Below, one piece after another: positions 39,622-53,716 of a stretch of DNA of 64,000 bases. The stretch spans positions 18,762,651 to 18,826,650 of the forward strand of contig CM120647.1 of NCBI GenBank assembly GCA_051362555.1, read 5' to 3'. The stretch's first letter is position 1. Each line of letters opens with the position of its first letter. Source of the DNA: Lingula anatina. Its lineage: Eukaryota > Animalia > Brachiopoda. Both the position numbers and the translations under genes were made by a program. The notes beneath the pieces were generated by a model. The model saw only the letters and a list, made by a program, of their open reading frames with translations. It searched no databases and was not told the origin of the DNA.

Positions 39622-40997
39622 AGGAAGATGTTGATAAGATGTAAATGTAACACAAAATGTGTATGACACTGATGTTTTTCCAATGTTCACTTTTTTTTTT
39701 GTGGAATGTTCCAAGCCACCTGTTATGTTTTAAAGTGCATTGTGTACTTCAAACAATATACTGCACAAGTTTGCACAAGAGTTAGTAATGTTGTAAATCC
39801 AACCCAATGAGAATTTTCATTCTATAACCATAAGAATATACTGTATATAACACAAAAATATAAGGTGCCTTCTCTTATGTACTGATTTGTATTTACAATG
39901 TGGTTTTATTTTATTATTTTTTTAGGAAATAGGCTTCACGATATTCGGGTGAATTTTAGGGGTGCTAACACATTTGACAAGTACATCACCTTTAGGTGTG
40001 GGATTGTACTGATCGAAAGTATCGAAAACTACGGTAAGATGAGAATATGTTATTCGTTTTATCCTTGTCATTTTTTATGTACAGACACAGGTGTGTACAT
40101 ACTGGTAGAGCAATTACCTCCGTCTGTCGTCGCCTTCGTGCTTTCAGAGATACCTTGATAAGTGGATTATTTTTTATTATATTTGTGCAATTTTTGACAA
40201 AAATTATTCTCTTTTCGGGATTTTTTTGTACCCTGCTGGTAAAAAAGTGTCACCCTGCCGATATTATGTACATTGTAACAATTGTACCCATTGATTGGAT
40301 AATTGTTGCAAAAGTTATGCTGTTTTTTTTTGTCAGCATATATCATAGTCTAGATAAAACTTTTGGTGGAAAGCCGGTTGAATTATTCTCGTCAAACTAA
40401 CAGGACTGAAGAACGTTACTGAAATACAGGATGGGTTTGAAAATCAGCTTGATTGAACCATTTTGAAAAGTTACCCTGTTTCTTTTTTAAGCTTATATTT
40501 TACTATATACAATGTGTAGCTAAAACTGGTTGGTATTGTGTCTTCAACTTTACAGGAAGGAATAATATTGTTGTATCGCAAGACGAGTTAAAAAGCAGCC
40601 TGTTAGGAACATTTGTGTGTAATATTCCATGTTTCTACAGTATGTAGGGATTCTATAGGGCTTATACTAGGAGTATGTTGATTGGGCAAATCCACGAAAT
40701 ACATAGTGAAAACTTAATTCTTTGTACTTGACAAACCGTACATTATCTGGACTCCTAGTTTTTATCTGATATTTGAAAAGTAAAAAAAAAAATCCAGAAA
40801 AGTAATCAGCAATATATTTTATTAATTTTATGTTGGATAATATTCCAGATGAGACCTATGTTGCTGCAGTGCAGGCTGCTGTGACAGAAGAATGCGTCGA
40901 CTATTTGTCTCCAGTCTGTCACGTGACCATCCCTGCTCCCTACGGCTGCCCTTGCGTGGTCATGATAAACTACACGTGTTGCGATGGCTTGTACTAA
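35599..40997 (+). CDS. Gene A: secreted TSP1-repeat protein (about 390 aa), domain-deleted paralog of gene B
   Basis: GT-AG exons, all joined in phase 1: 35599-35668 (MWSLQFYTGIMAVLLWALDRSVT, signal peptide), 36794-36898 (35-codon mini-TSP1), 37201-37371, 37544-37714, 38256-38426 (57-aa TSP1, VDGGWC..W..CSVTCG...R.R.C), 39227-39454 (TSP1 + linker), 39926-40033, 40849-40997 (..NYTCCDGLY*). The joined ORF of 1173 nt has no internal stop. Probable UTR intron 41007-41245 and AATAAA at 41391. Expression is unknown. Confidence 0.8.
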
Positions 40998-43223
40998 GTG
41001 TTAAAGGTAAAAGAGGTCAACTGTTAGCAGCAAACACCCGATAATTTGATGAACAATCGTGACATGTGGATACTCTTTCGTGAATCTTAATGTACGTCAT
41101 GATTTACATTTTTAAGTAGAGTTTTCTTTGTCTCCAGGTAGCCTTAATAATATATTCTTTTTGGACACTTTTTTCATGATTGTTAAATTTTTGATAATTT
41201 GACTATTGTTACAAAAAACGCATTTTTTTTTCTTTATTCGTACAGGAAAAGAGGGACGAAGAACACCAAGACTTGGATAATGCTGAATGAAAAACGGACT
41301 CTGACAAGCATCGATCCTTTGAATGTGTTTTACGCAGAATATATATTACAGTTTATTCACAGTATATATGTTAGTGGTGTGATTAAAAATAATAAAAAAT
41401 CATTAAACAATGGGAAAAAACTGTCGCGGCTTGCTTGAATAGTACTGTAATATAATATACTTTATCTCAGTTTTCCTCTCAACTTTGCTCAAAACTGACA
41501 CATATCTTGGTTGTATTATTGTGTACACATTCCAGTTTTTTTATATTGTTATATTGCAGTGGGGTGCATTGTTATTATATCTAGGTGTTCTTTTTAGTGA
41601 ACTACTGCAAATTGGATTGTTAACTTTTAATTACGACGGTGGTGTGATGTTTTAATTCAAATAATAATGTAATTTGGTTATTTTGATTATATGATAAATA
41701 GGCCTGATGGCTTTACGTGGGGGTTCATGACATATCATTTTTATTTTCAAGTTCATATTAGGCATGATTTAGCTTGTAGTGTGAATCATCGAGAATTAAT
41801 CATTCGCATGTACTCACTTCCCTTATCTTGCTCTTTTGAGATGTGGGTGGGTCAATGTTTTTGTAATCGGGTATCTTACTTTATACAAATAAAACTGTCG
41901 CAAATGCTATACAGTGTAGTTTGGTTGTGTGTTTTCATTTTTTTTGGTAACTGTCTGTTTGGGAGGCTTAAAATATAACTCAAAGGAAGATACAGTGCCG
42001 CCGGAAATTCCCTTTACTTACCCTGCGGGTCGCTGCGGGCTGTTTGGTTTCTGTTAACAATAGTACGATGCCCTGCTCCGTCGGGTAATTATCGTGACAA
42101 ACTTTCTGCTAACAAAAGAGCCTACAGGGTAGATAGATAACTTTTTTTACGGTTGTTCGTTCATATGCATTTAAACTTTTTAATGTGTGACCCAAGTGTA
42201 TAGATGCTTTTTTTTTGTTTTCCCCCGCGCGGATATTTGAATCTGTTACTCTCTTATTATGACACATATATATGACACATGACACATTTTCATCTATAGT
42301 TTCCCTCTTTCGGTTGTCATTTTAGATATAGTTGGAACTCACTACTTGAGGCAATAGGGTTAGCTACATGCACTCACTGTCAAATGAATAGTATTCACGA
42401 TTTGTCGATAATGAAGTACCCAGTACCTGCTCATCTTCAGATTTATCCACACTGTAGTGCTCCTTTTTGATGACAATATGATAAACAATTGTTTGATATT
42501 AAATTCAATCAACGATTTTATGAAAATAAACCGAGAAATAATAAGGCGCAAAACGTGAGAATTTTCCTTAATGTTTATATCGTCAGTTTAATGCCATACA
42601 AAAATGGTATTATTCATGCAATAGATTATTAAAACAATAATACATGTATATAACCATATGCTAATGATATGATAATAGTTATAATAACAGTGCTTATAAC
42701 TAATAATAAAAATAATAATAACTCAACCTGGCGTCCCAGATTATATCATTTATCTATCGTCCCAGATAATAGTATTTATATGACGTCCCTGTCCACCTCA
42801 ACAACATATCTTATTACAAACACTTACTGCTGCCGGTGTGAAAGGAAAGGTAGTCCTTATCATGCGAGTCCGACCGGACTCCTGGGAATGCTAGTCCTAG
42901 TTCTAGCATTTCTAGGAATGGATGTCCTGGGACATATATTACTAGGATTTAACGTCCGTGGGATAACAAGGAATGCAAGTCCGGGTGGGGCCTGTTTTAC
43001 TGATTTATACTAGGAATATATGTCCGCTCTAACTTTTTCTCTCACTTAAATGAAAGTTACATATAATATGTAATAATATGTGTGTATTAAATTTACCTGT
43101 GTCGTTACCTTTTATTATTTTGATACTGACAAACTGAATGAAAATAAATATCATAATTACGAATAACACATGAGACATTTTTAAACGTTTATTTCCATTT
43201 TAGTAGGCCTATCTATTCATTCG

Positions 43224-44043
<820 letters not shown>

Positions 44044-44399
44044 CAAAACACATGCAATAATAATAATAGTAATAATAATGGGGTTATTGTTTCGAATGCT
44101 GTCGGAATGCCGTGAGAATATTTAGAATGCAGTCATAGTGCAGTTAGAATATATTCAAATGCCAGTTGATAATTTTCCACTTGGAATGCACTTCGAAAGT
44201 GTTTAACATGAACAAAACATTCGGGCCCGCCACAAGAATGGGTAAAAATATTTGGAATGCACCTGGAAGTTTTAGAATATTCAGGAACGCACAAAGAATT
44301 GTCTTCCCGACGGCAGTCTTGCTCATTCCGCCTCTAGTGTGACGGGGGTATTACTAATAAAAACAGTCCAACTAACCAAAATACTTGAAACATTGTTTT

Positions 44400-47300
44400 G
44401 ACAGCATCTTTTAATTTATTATCATTTATCAGCATATAGTAACACCAAGATTAATTTTAGATTTTTGAAAGGCAGTTTGTCCCTCAAGGCCGATCGAGAT
44501 GTTAAAGGGTGGTTTCTGTAAGAAAATTTTTGATATGAAAGCTAAGAGTATGTTCAGAACAGCGGACTAACAGATTCGCGGATCAAATATGACTGATCCA
44601 CTCGAATGGTTGTTGGGTATCTGCTCAGTGTCTCATCGGGTGTTAAGCAGCAAGCTTTTTATTGAAGATATTATTTGTTTGCCATCTTTCAAAGGACCTC
44701 AAACAACCATATTTGATCCGTGGATCAGTTAGTCTACTGTTCTGAATGTGTTATAAGAGCTGGATTAACTTGGGTCTGATACCAAGTACTAGATAGTTTT
44801 TGCTGTAAGACAAGACTTGGTAAGGGTTGCATTTGAAATTGAAGTAAAGTATTTCCACCATTCTGTGAAATAAACATGTCCATTTTCAGTTTGTAAGAAA
44901 ACCAACACAATGTGCTAGTTGTGCGGATTACATGAGCAGAGTTGATCAACTCGTATTGGAGCCCATTTGCACACAAAAATTAACCAGGGGCGGATCCAGG
45001 ATTATTTGAAGGGGAGGGGGGTCCGCGAATGCGAAGCCGATCCCCCCCTTTGCGTGCGGTTGGGGCCGATGAAGGGTCCCGAAAATGTTGGTATTTGGTG
45101 CGGTTATGAACGATGATTCAACTAGTCAAAATTCAAAGTTCAAGAGGGAACCAGAAATCCAAGGTACCCCATGACCCCCCTCTAAACCCACCACTGCTTT
45201 ACTACACCATTCCTTCACAATACGAAGCTGTACGTGGTAAAAAATTAAATTTGCGGGTTTTTATAAACCCATATTCTGACTGAGTGTTGATTTTCTTGTC
45301 TCAAACAAAAAATATTTTCAATAAAAACTATTCTTATACTCAAAAATATGTCTTTCATTTAAAAAATAAGGCCTACAAATACATTCTGTAGCAAAAAGTT
45401 GTCTTGATACACATGAACTAAATCCAGTTCAATTTAATTTGGATAACAAGCTATTCAAAATGGTATGAAAAAAACCCCAATCTTCTTTAAGTTCATCCCA
45501 AACATTATTTTAAGACGACTGTAACGTACTGTGCTGAACAATTTTATAGCTTAAAAATGTCTAATTTCATCACATACGTGTGAATTACACAGCCACAACA
45601 CATCTGAGACATCACATGGAGTGTGTCTGGTTTCCTCTTCTCTATAGCCCACAGGCCAAATCATTTTTTAAGTCTGATAACCCAGCTAACTGCCAGGATG
45701 TCTGGTTAAGTAATTTCAGTCTTTCACAACCGTCCACAACGGATTTTTTAAACGTCCACGGTTCGGTGCCTACATATATGCAAGTAAAACCATACAAAAG
45801 AACGAACTCAAGTCCCATTTGAAGTTTTTAACTATAAATGATATTTACTTCTCATTGTTGTGTCTACAATATTGCCAGTTCATTTATGTCCAGCTCAATC
45901 ACTAACATCACTTTTTACAGACCATATAATGATTATTCAATATTTGACACACTGGCTTCATAAGCAGCTGTGAAAGGAGCACCACCTAACTACCACATAA
46001 CTGCAGTTTGTCTTGCAGCCACAGTTGACAATTAAAGTTTTCTTTTCCTGTGTTGGATCGTTAATAATTTATGCAACAACAACATGAAAGTGTCATTTTT
46101 GAAACAGGGCAGCAGCGTCCTGCAGGGGTTGCTTTTACATAGAAGACCTGTACTAAATATATATATTAAAAATAACATTGGATTGACTTCTGATTTTAAT
46201 TTAAGAACGCCTTCGTAATCAGTCACTACAATTATTGAAGCCATCTGTAGTAAAGGATTATAATTAAATTAAAAAAAAATGTTTGTGGAACTAATTCAAT
46301 ACATCACTTAGTTTATAAACTCATACTTGTGATTTCTTATATTTTATTATTAACTCTCCACATAAAATATTTCACCCTGGAATATCGGGATTCAATAACA
46401 ATTTCAACAAACAATGATAATTCCAATGAGTTTTCAGCAGTAGCCATCTAGACTCGGCTTAGCTGTCACTAGTTTGCCCCAGATACATGGATGTTCACAT
46501 TTGTATAGGCGAAGACTCTTTTTCAACCAGCCCGCAGAATATGCGCATACCTCATGTGTACATGAAAACATATGTTACATTTTTGCATTTTTCTTGAAAT
46601 TGATCGCGCACGTCTTGTTAAGTTGCTATATTATTCCAGCCTTCATATCACGAAGAAAACACCTTTGCAGTTAGAATATAAAATCAAATGAGGGATCCCA
46701 TTAGTTTAAACATTATCTAAATACTAAGGAGTTATATTCCCTTGTCTATTTTATGTTTTAATTTAAGCGTTAGAAATGTGTAACAAAAAATCTGATATAC
46801 CTGGGACTTGGTGTCTTTTCTAGGACAAGGCATTACATGTACGGATCTAGTCATAAACATAAACATTTAGCAAAATTAGGATTTATAAATCAGCGTTTGG
46901 AAGCCTTTCTTAAAATTATGAGCCACTCTCTTAATGGAGGTGGTAAAAATCTCTTGTAAGTTTAAGATGTCGAAAACAGATGTTTAGTCGTGCTTTTCTG
47001 TTATGTCTTGGAAAATTTACTTTTTAGCATGACACCGGAAGAGTATACACACGCCTCCCCCCAACAATACAACACGCGTTTCAGAGTGCTGATTTAAGTG
47101 TATTCACTGTTCTCGACTGAAAATAGTAAAAGCTCATTTCCAGAGCTTTTAATTATAACCTATAGCCTTGATCAATCTGATATGATGTGTGTAAATTTGT
47201 TGACATTTGGTGATGTCTTTTCAATATAATGGGCATTTTTACCTCTGATGTATATTATCTTTACCATTTGTCATGATTTATATGGTATCTGGAATTAAAA

Positions 47301-50300
47301 AGAACTGATTATAAACTGTGAGGTGATCATTTGTAAATAAACGTAGGACTGCAAGGTACTGGAGGTGGTCAACTTAATGGTGTACTGGTATGATACAGAT
47401 GGCGTATTTTATTTAATTAAAAAAAAGTTACATATAATGTGCTGTTAGTCCAATTAGTCAACATCTCCCGTAGAAATGTGTTTCTGATATTATGGGTAAA
47501 AGGTAATTCATCAAAAAGATATACTTCTACTCAACATATGCGCAGTACTTATGAATAAAGATGGCTTTGAAAGACTGGCTTTTGCCAGTTTGTAGTATTA
47601 AATTGTGTGCAGTGGTTATGCCTGTTATGGATTTATGAAATTTGCCTTTGGGGCCCCACATCTGTATAACTATCATTTTATGTGGGTTGCTGGAACGCGA
47701 AGTATTTGCACGATGTTGCCACGCGATCAGGATTCTACTTTGGTCTATATACCCAGTTTACTTCAGCCAGCTCGCCCATTTTCACGTTGCCGTGAGAGAA
47801 CACTGTTTAAGAAGAGCAGAAAATCTAAGAAGGCACAGTTATCCAAGATATCCAAGTAGAGGCAAAGGTTTGGAGAAAAGAATTATTTTTGGTAAGTGTG
47901 CAAGATTTTATAAAATTGGTACATGTACATCAAGGTTTCATTGTTCTTTCTAAATTTGGTTGGACGAAATATTTAAAGGGTAACTGTAAAATCGATTTTT
48001 AGGTACAAAATGTAGTCTTGGAATGGAGGAGAATTAGCTAAGCTACATGTAATTAGTTAAAGGCTTGAAAAAAGGCAATCAATTATTATCAGTTAGTACG
48101 ATATATTGTTATTATGATAATAAGTTTTTCGTTTAATGGTTTAGCACAGTGAAGTAGTTCTCTCTACTACAAATATTTTCTACTTGTTACAAAATGGGAT
48201 GAAAGTTTTTTCTTCCAAATCTGTAACAGCTGTGGAGGGCTGAAAAGACACTGGTAGAGGGGCCATATAGCATAGGCTTTATCCAAAAATGTCAATTTTT
48301 TTTCATTTTAGGTAAATTAGTATTGGTTTATAACTATAATGGTGAATAAGTAAAATTATTCCAGATAAAATGAGTAAATTGTTTAAGGAGCTTGACCGAT
48401 TTAAGAAAATCAGATTTTGCACAAATTATTTCATGATAGAAATTGCACTTAAAACTTGCTTGGTAATTTTAGGTGAATGTTTGACACCATAGACAAACTT
48501 TTTTCCCGCTTTTTTATGCTTAAAGCAAAAACACCCAATCTCTAGATCTTATATTTCCAACTGTCCTATAAAAATAAAAAAAAAGCGACTTCATTGGAGA
48601 AAATTTCTGGTAGATAACCAATGTATCGATTCAACTGGACCTACCAATATCTTGGCTCTAAAGATTTTTTGAGTTATATATGCTGAACGAAAACATTAGC
48701 TGTAATGAAATAAACACATAAACAGAGACTCCATACAGGTTTACATACTTGTAGGCTTCACATAAAACAGGTTATTATAGCTACCTGGCTATCAATTTAG
48801 AGGCAAGATTATTATTCAGCACTTATTTTTGATGATTCATTCATATTGATAATGGGGTGGCAGAGTATTATGATTTTTGATCTCTTGCCAGTTTGTACAC
48901 CCTCTGAATATTATTGGTCCTCTAGAATGCTGTCCCTAATTTCCAATAAATAAATAAATAAATAAATAAACTCAGATAATGTTAATGTCAAGTCTACAAT
49001 GATCAATTTCATAATGGTATTTCAGTTTTGTCAAACTTCTTTTTCAGTTGCCCTCTTCTTCAGAGCATTACCCACCAAGGTACATGAATATTGTTTTCTG
49101 TGATCATGCTCTATTCAATCTCTAAACCAACATCATTTTGGGATTAGATATATTGAGAAACAATATGTGTGATTATTAACTTAGACTAACATTGTTCTTT
49201 GTAGAGGTTAATTTAATAATGTTAGTGTTAAGTCTACCCTGAGCGGTCCGATCAGTCTGGTAACCGTAATGTTATTTCAGTTTTTGTCAAACAAGGCTCA
49301 AAGTTCACTGGACATAAGAAAGAAATAGTTTTGCCCTCCTTTCCAGATTACTACCCGACGAGGTACATGCACATTGTTTTCTGATATCATACTGAGTTCT
49401 CCATGGATCTATCAGACTGAAATTCGTTAAAATTTGCACAACTATTTTCCAACATTAGTCAAGTTTACTCAAATTGTAAAGTTAGTTTCCTCCCCCTAAT
49501 CGTAGGGCAATATGTGATCTAAACAGTTAATATTTTCAGTGAAACTAACAAAACATCGACAGGATACGTAACAGTTCATGGTTAGATGATTTATAATCTA
49601 AAATCCATATAAAATGTTCAGTAGATTTTAGAGGAGTAAAATGAAGTCAATAAAAAATAGACAGCCACACTTTTAAGAGAGTAAAATAAATAGTTTAATG
49701 TAAAGTTTAAATGCCAGTAAATAAATACACGTATAATGTGTTTTCATACTGTTGTGTCGAAACTAGTCATATATGCCACGCAATACTATGTTATCCTAAA
49801 GTGTACATACAGGGGTGTATGTATCTTACTTTCAACAAAATGACTCAATTAGTAGATTAATTAAATCTCATTTCATTTGGTATTTGTGTTTTAAATAAGT
49901 ATGGGATTCAATCAGTGTTTTATTTATATTGATTTCTACTGTTTTAATGTTTGTTTGTTGTTCAGTAGCTGTATTTCATCTTTAAACCAACAGCATTTTG
50001 GGATTAGATATATTGATAAACAATGTATGTGATTATTAACGTAGATTAACATTGTTCTTTGTAGAGGTTAATTTAATTATACACATTTAAAAATAAAAAC
50101 ATTTTATGCGTTAATGCAGTGTAAAAGAATTGATTGCAGAAAATATATTGCTACCACATGCATTCATTGTGCATAATGCATTGTTTGAGTTTCAAATAAT
50201 TTATAGCAGATCCATTGGAAGGGGGATACAACCGGCCTCTACCCTTCCCTAAGCTTTTGTAATACACCCCTTATATATATATTTACATGTAACTCTTTTG

Positions 50301-53300
50301 ACAACATTTTTTAAATTATTCAACATTAAATTTACGCCAAGATGATTTATTTTAGATTTTTGAGAAGCAGTTTGTAAAGTTTATCTCTTAACTGTAAGGC
50401 GGATCGAATTTTAAAATAATGGGTCCTGTATGTTATGAAATCTAAGAGCTGGAATACATTTTTTTTTCTTGGCTAGTTTTTGCTGTTAGGCCAAGAGCTG
50501 GAAGGAGTTGCATTCCGAATACGAGTAATGTATCACCACCATCTATTAAATAAGCAACTCTATTTTCAGTGTGTGAACCTTTAAAGACGTTCAGTATAGA
50601 CACCGATAGACCTGTAGCTAAACATTATTATTATTATATAATATGTTTCATAAAATGTTTGGGGATCTAATACAATAAATTGCTTAATTTACAAACTTAT
50701 ACCCTAATTTATTACATTTTTGTAATAAACTCTCCACATAAAAGATTTCACCTAGAAATATCAAGATTCCATCACAATCTCAACAATAATGAATTCCAAT
50801 TATAGATAGGTTCGTATAGGCGTATACTCCTTTTCCAACAAACCCGCAGGATATGCGCATACTTCATGTGTACAGAGAAAACATATGTTACATTTTTGCA
50901 TTTTTCTTGACATCGATCGCGTGCGTCTTGTTTAGTTGCTATTTCATCCCAGCCTTCGTGTTATGAACAAAAAACCGTTATAATATCAAATAAAATGAGG
51001 GAGCCCATTGATTTAATTATTTTCTAAAAACCAAGGAGTTATATCCCCTTGTATTTTATGTTATCATTGAAGCGTTACAACCGTGTTACGAAATCTGATA
51101 TACCTGGGACTTCTTACACCTTTCGCTTCATTATTAAAGTATGGCATGTACGTTTCAAGTCCAATTCTATTGGCAAAATTATGATTTATAAACCGGGGTT
51201 GGAGGTCTTTCTTAAAATTTTGAGCCACCTTCTTAATGGAGGTGGTAAAAATCTCTTGTAAGTTTAAGATCTTGAAAACAAATGTTTAGTTGTCCTTTTC
51301 TGATATATCCAGGGAAATTTACTTTTTAGCACAACACCGGAATCCGTGTACTTCGAAAGCAGAAGAGTATACAGAACTCCCCCGACAATACGCCCTGCGT
51401 TTTAGAGTGCTGAATTAAGTGTATTCACTGTTCTCGACTGAAAATGGTAGAATCTCATTCCCAGAGCTTTCAGTTATAACCTATAGTCTTGATCGATCTA
51501 TGATGTGTGTTAATTTGGTGACATTTGGTGGTGTCTTTTCAATTTAATGGATATTTCTTTATTTCTTAGGAAATTACCCTACAAGAATGTATTTGAGGCG
51601 ATACATGTTACAAATATGAATAAAAGGCATAAAATATGGATATATTACTGCTGATTTATATGTTCTTTATCATTTGTCATGTAAGATATGGTATCTGGAA
51701 TAAAAAAGCACTGGTATAAACTGTGGGGTGAACATTTGTAAATAAAAGCACTAGGTACCGGAGGCGGGGCAACTTTTTTTATTAATGGTGTTTGATACAG
51801 ATAGCGTACTTTATTTAATTAAAACAGTTACACATGTGCTGTTAGCCATTTTGTCCCCATCTCCCGAACAATTGTGTTTCTGACATTATGGATAAAACTA
51901 ATTTACCGAAAAGATATACTCCTACACAACCTATGCGCAGTACTTATGAATAAAGATGACTTTGAAAGACTGGCTTTCACCAGTTTATACTATCAAATTG
52001 TGTGCAATGGTTATGCCTGTTATAGATTTATGAAATTTGCCTTTGGGGCCCCACATCTGTATAACTATCATTTTATGTGGGTTGCTGGAACGCGAAATAA
52101 TTAGCACGATGTTGCCACGCGATCAGGATTCTACATTGGTCTATATTGGTTGTGCATAGAATGTTAAGAACATTATAATGATAATAAAATGTTATTTGCT
52201 TGAATGAAACTGAGTTAAAAGACTTCTACTTGACCTTTAAAATTACTGTACTTATAATAAAAGACAACATTATACTAATGATAATTTTAAAGTGCATATG
52301 GAATAAAAGAGCACCGGAATCTATCGGTCTTAAATTTTGGTACTTTGTATCTATTGTTTGATCTTAAAAGACGATTGGATTGCTCAATTAAAATGTGATT
52401 CAGTTTGTCAGAGGGTTTATTTATTTTGTAAAAGAAAGTTTTGCACAGATCTTCCCTTCGTTTATCTAAAGTATATATTTGCCAGGTTCAGGGCTTCATC
52501 ATAGTGTAGGTCAGGGAAAATAATCTTCAAAGCACGACTTTGGACAGTCCCAAAGAGTTTGCATTGCTCTGTTGTTAGTCCTGGATGCCACAGAGGGCAG
52601 GCCTATTCTAGAAATGAGCGCACAATACTTTGGTAAACTTGAATTAAGTCAGCAGGGCTGAGCTTAGCTCGCTTCAGTTGACGGAGGAAACAGAGTCTTG
52701 CAAATGCCTTTTTATATATATATGATCCACATGAGTACCCCATTTTAGGTCATTGCTAATATGGATGCCCAGAAGTATGAACTGTGTATACTTCAGACAG
52801 TTAGCTCACACATTTTCACATTAACGTGAGAGAACAATGTTTAAGAATAGCTGGATATATTACTTAATTCACAAACTTATACCCTAATTTCTTACATTTT
52901 TGTAATAAACACATAAAATATTTCACTTCGAAATATCAAGATTCAATCCCAATCTCAACAAACAATAATGAAGTCCAATGATTTTTCAGCAGAAGCCATC
53001 AAGATTCGGCATAGCTGCCATTAGTTTTTCCCAGATACGTTAACATTCGTATAGGCGTAGAATCTTTTTCCGACAAGCCCGCAGGGTATGCGCATACCTC
53101 ATGTGTACAGAGAAAACATATGTTACATTTTTGCATTTTTCTTGACATCGATCGAGTACGCCTTGTTAAGTTGCTATATTATTCCAGCCTTCATATCACG
53201 AAGAAAACACCTTTACAGTTAGAATACCAAATCAAATGAGGGAGTCCATTAGTTTAATCATTATCTAAGTACCAAGGAGTTATATCTCCTTGTTTATATT

Positions 53301-53600
53301 TTATGTTATAAATTATAAAAACACTAGGTACTTGATGTGGGGCAACGTTTTTGACTAATGGTGTATAATGCAGATCACTTATTTTATTTAATTTAAAAAA
53401 GGTACATATAATGTGGTGTTAACCCATTAAGTCAACATATCCGAACAAATGTTTCTCAAATTATAGGTAATAAAAGTAATTATAGGATATTATAAGTAAT
53501 TCATCAAAAGATATACTCCTACACAACTTATGTGCAATACTTATCTATAAAGACGGCTTGAAAAGACTGACTTTTGCCAGATTGTAAAAATAACTTCCTG
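44400..53600 (+). repeat. Upstream block of gene B containing one long and two partial internal copies of the same non-coding module
   Basis: The anchor cccgcag(a/g)(a/g)tatgcgcata...gaaaacatatgttacatttttgcattt recurs at about 2089, 46531, 50843 and 53078. Copies span about 44400-49400, 50310-52146 and 52790-53585. Confidence 0.85.
44985..45196. mobile_element. CAGGGGCGGATCCAG-type MITE
   Basis: Starts CAGGGGCGGATCCAG and ends ctaaacccaccaCTG; absent from the paralogous site at about 930. Confidence 0.65.
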
Positions 53601-53716
53601 AAACATTTTTCTACACAAATTTCTTGGCACATATCTTTAAATGTAGGTGTTAATATATTAATTATTGCCACGTTGCTTTTAAATTATCTTGTGTTACAGA
53701 TTCCATTTCATCAACG

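Noticed and set aside
44090-44352. GAATG-rich segment ending gtgtgacgggggtatta, and an imperfect inverted pair at about 41990-42155
   Set aside because: Probably MITE remnants, but the second terminus or TSD could not be identified, so they were not called.
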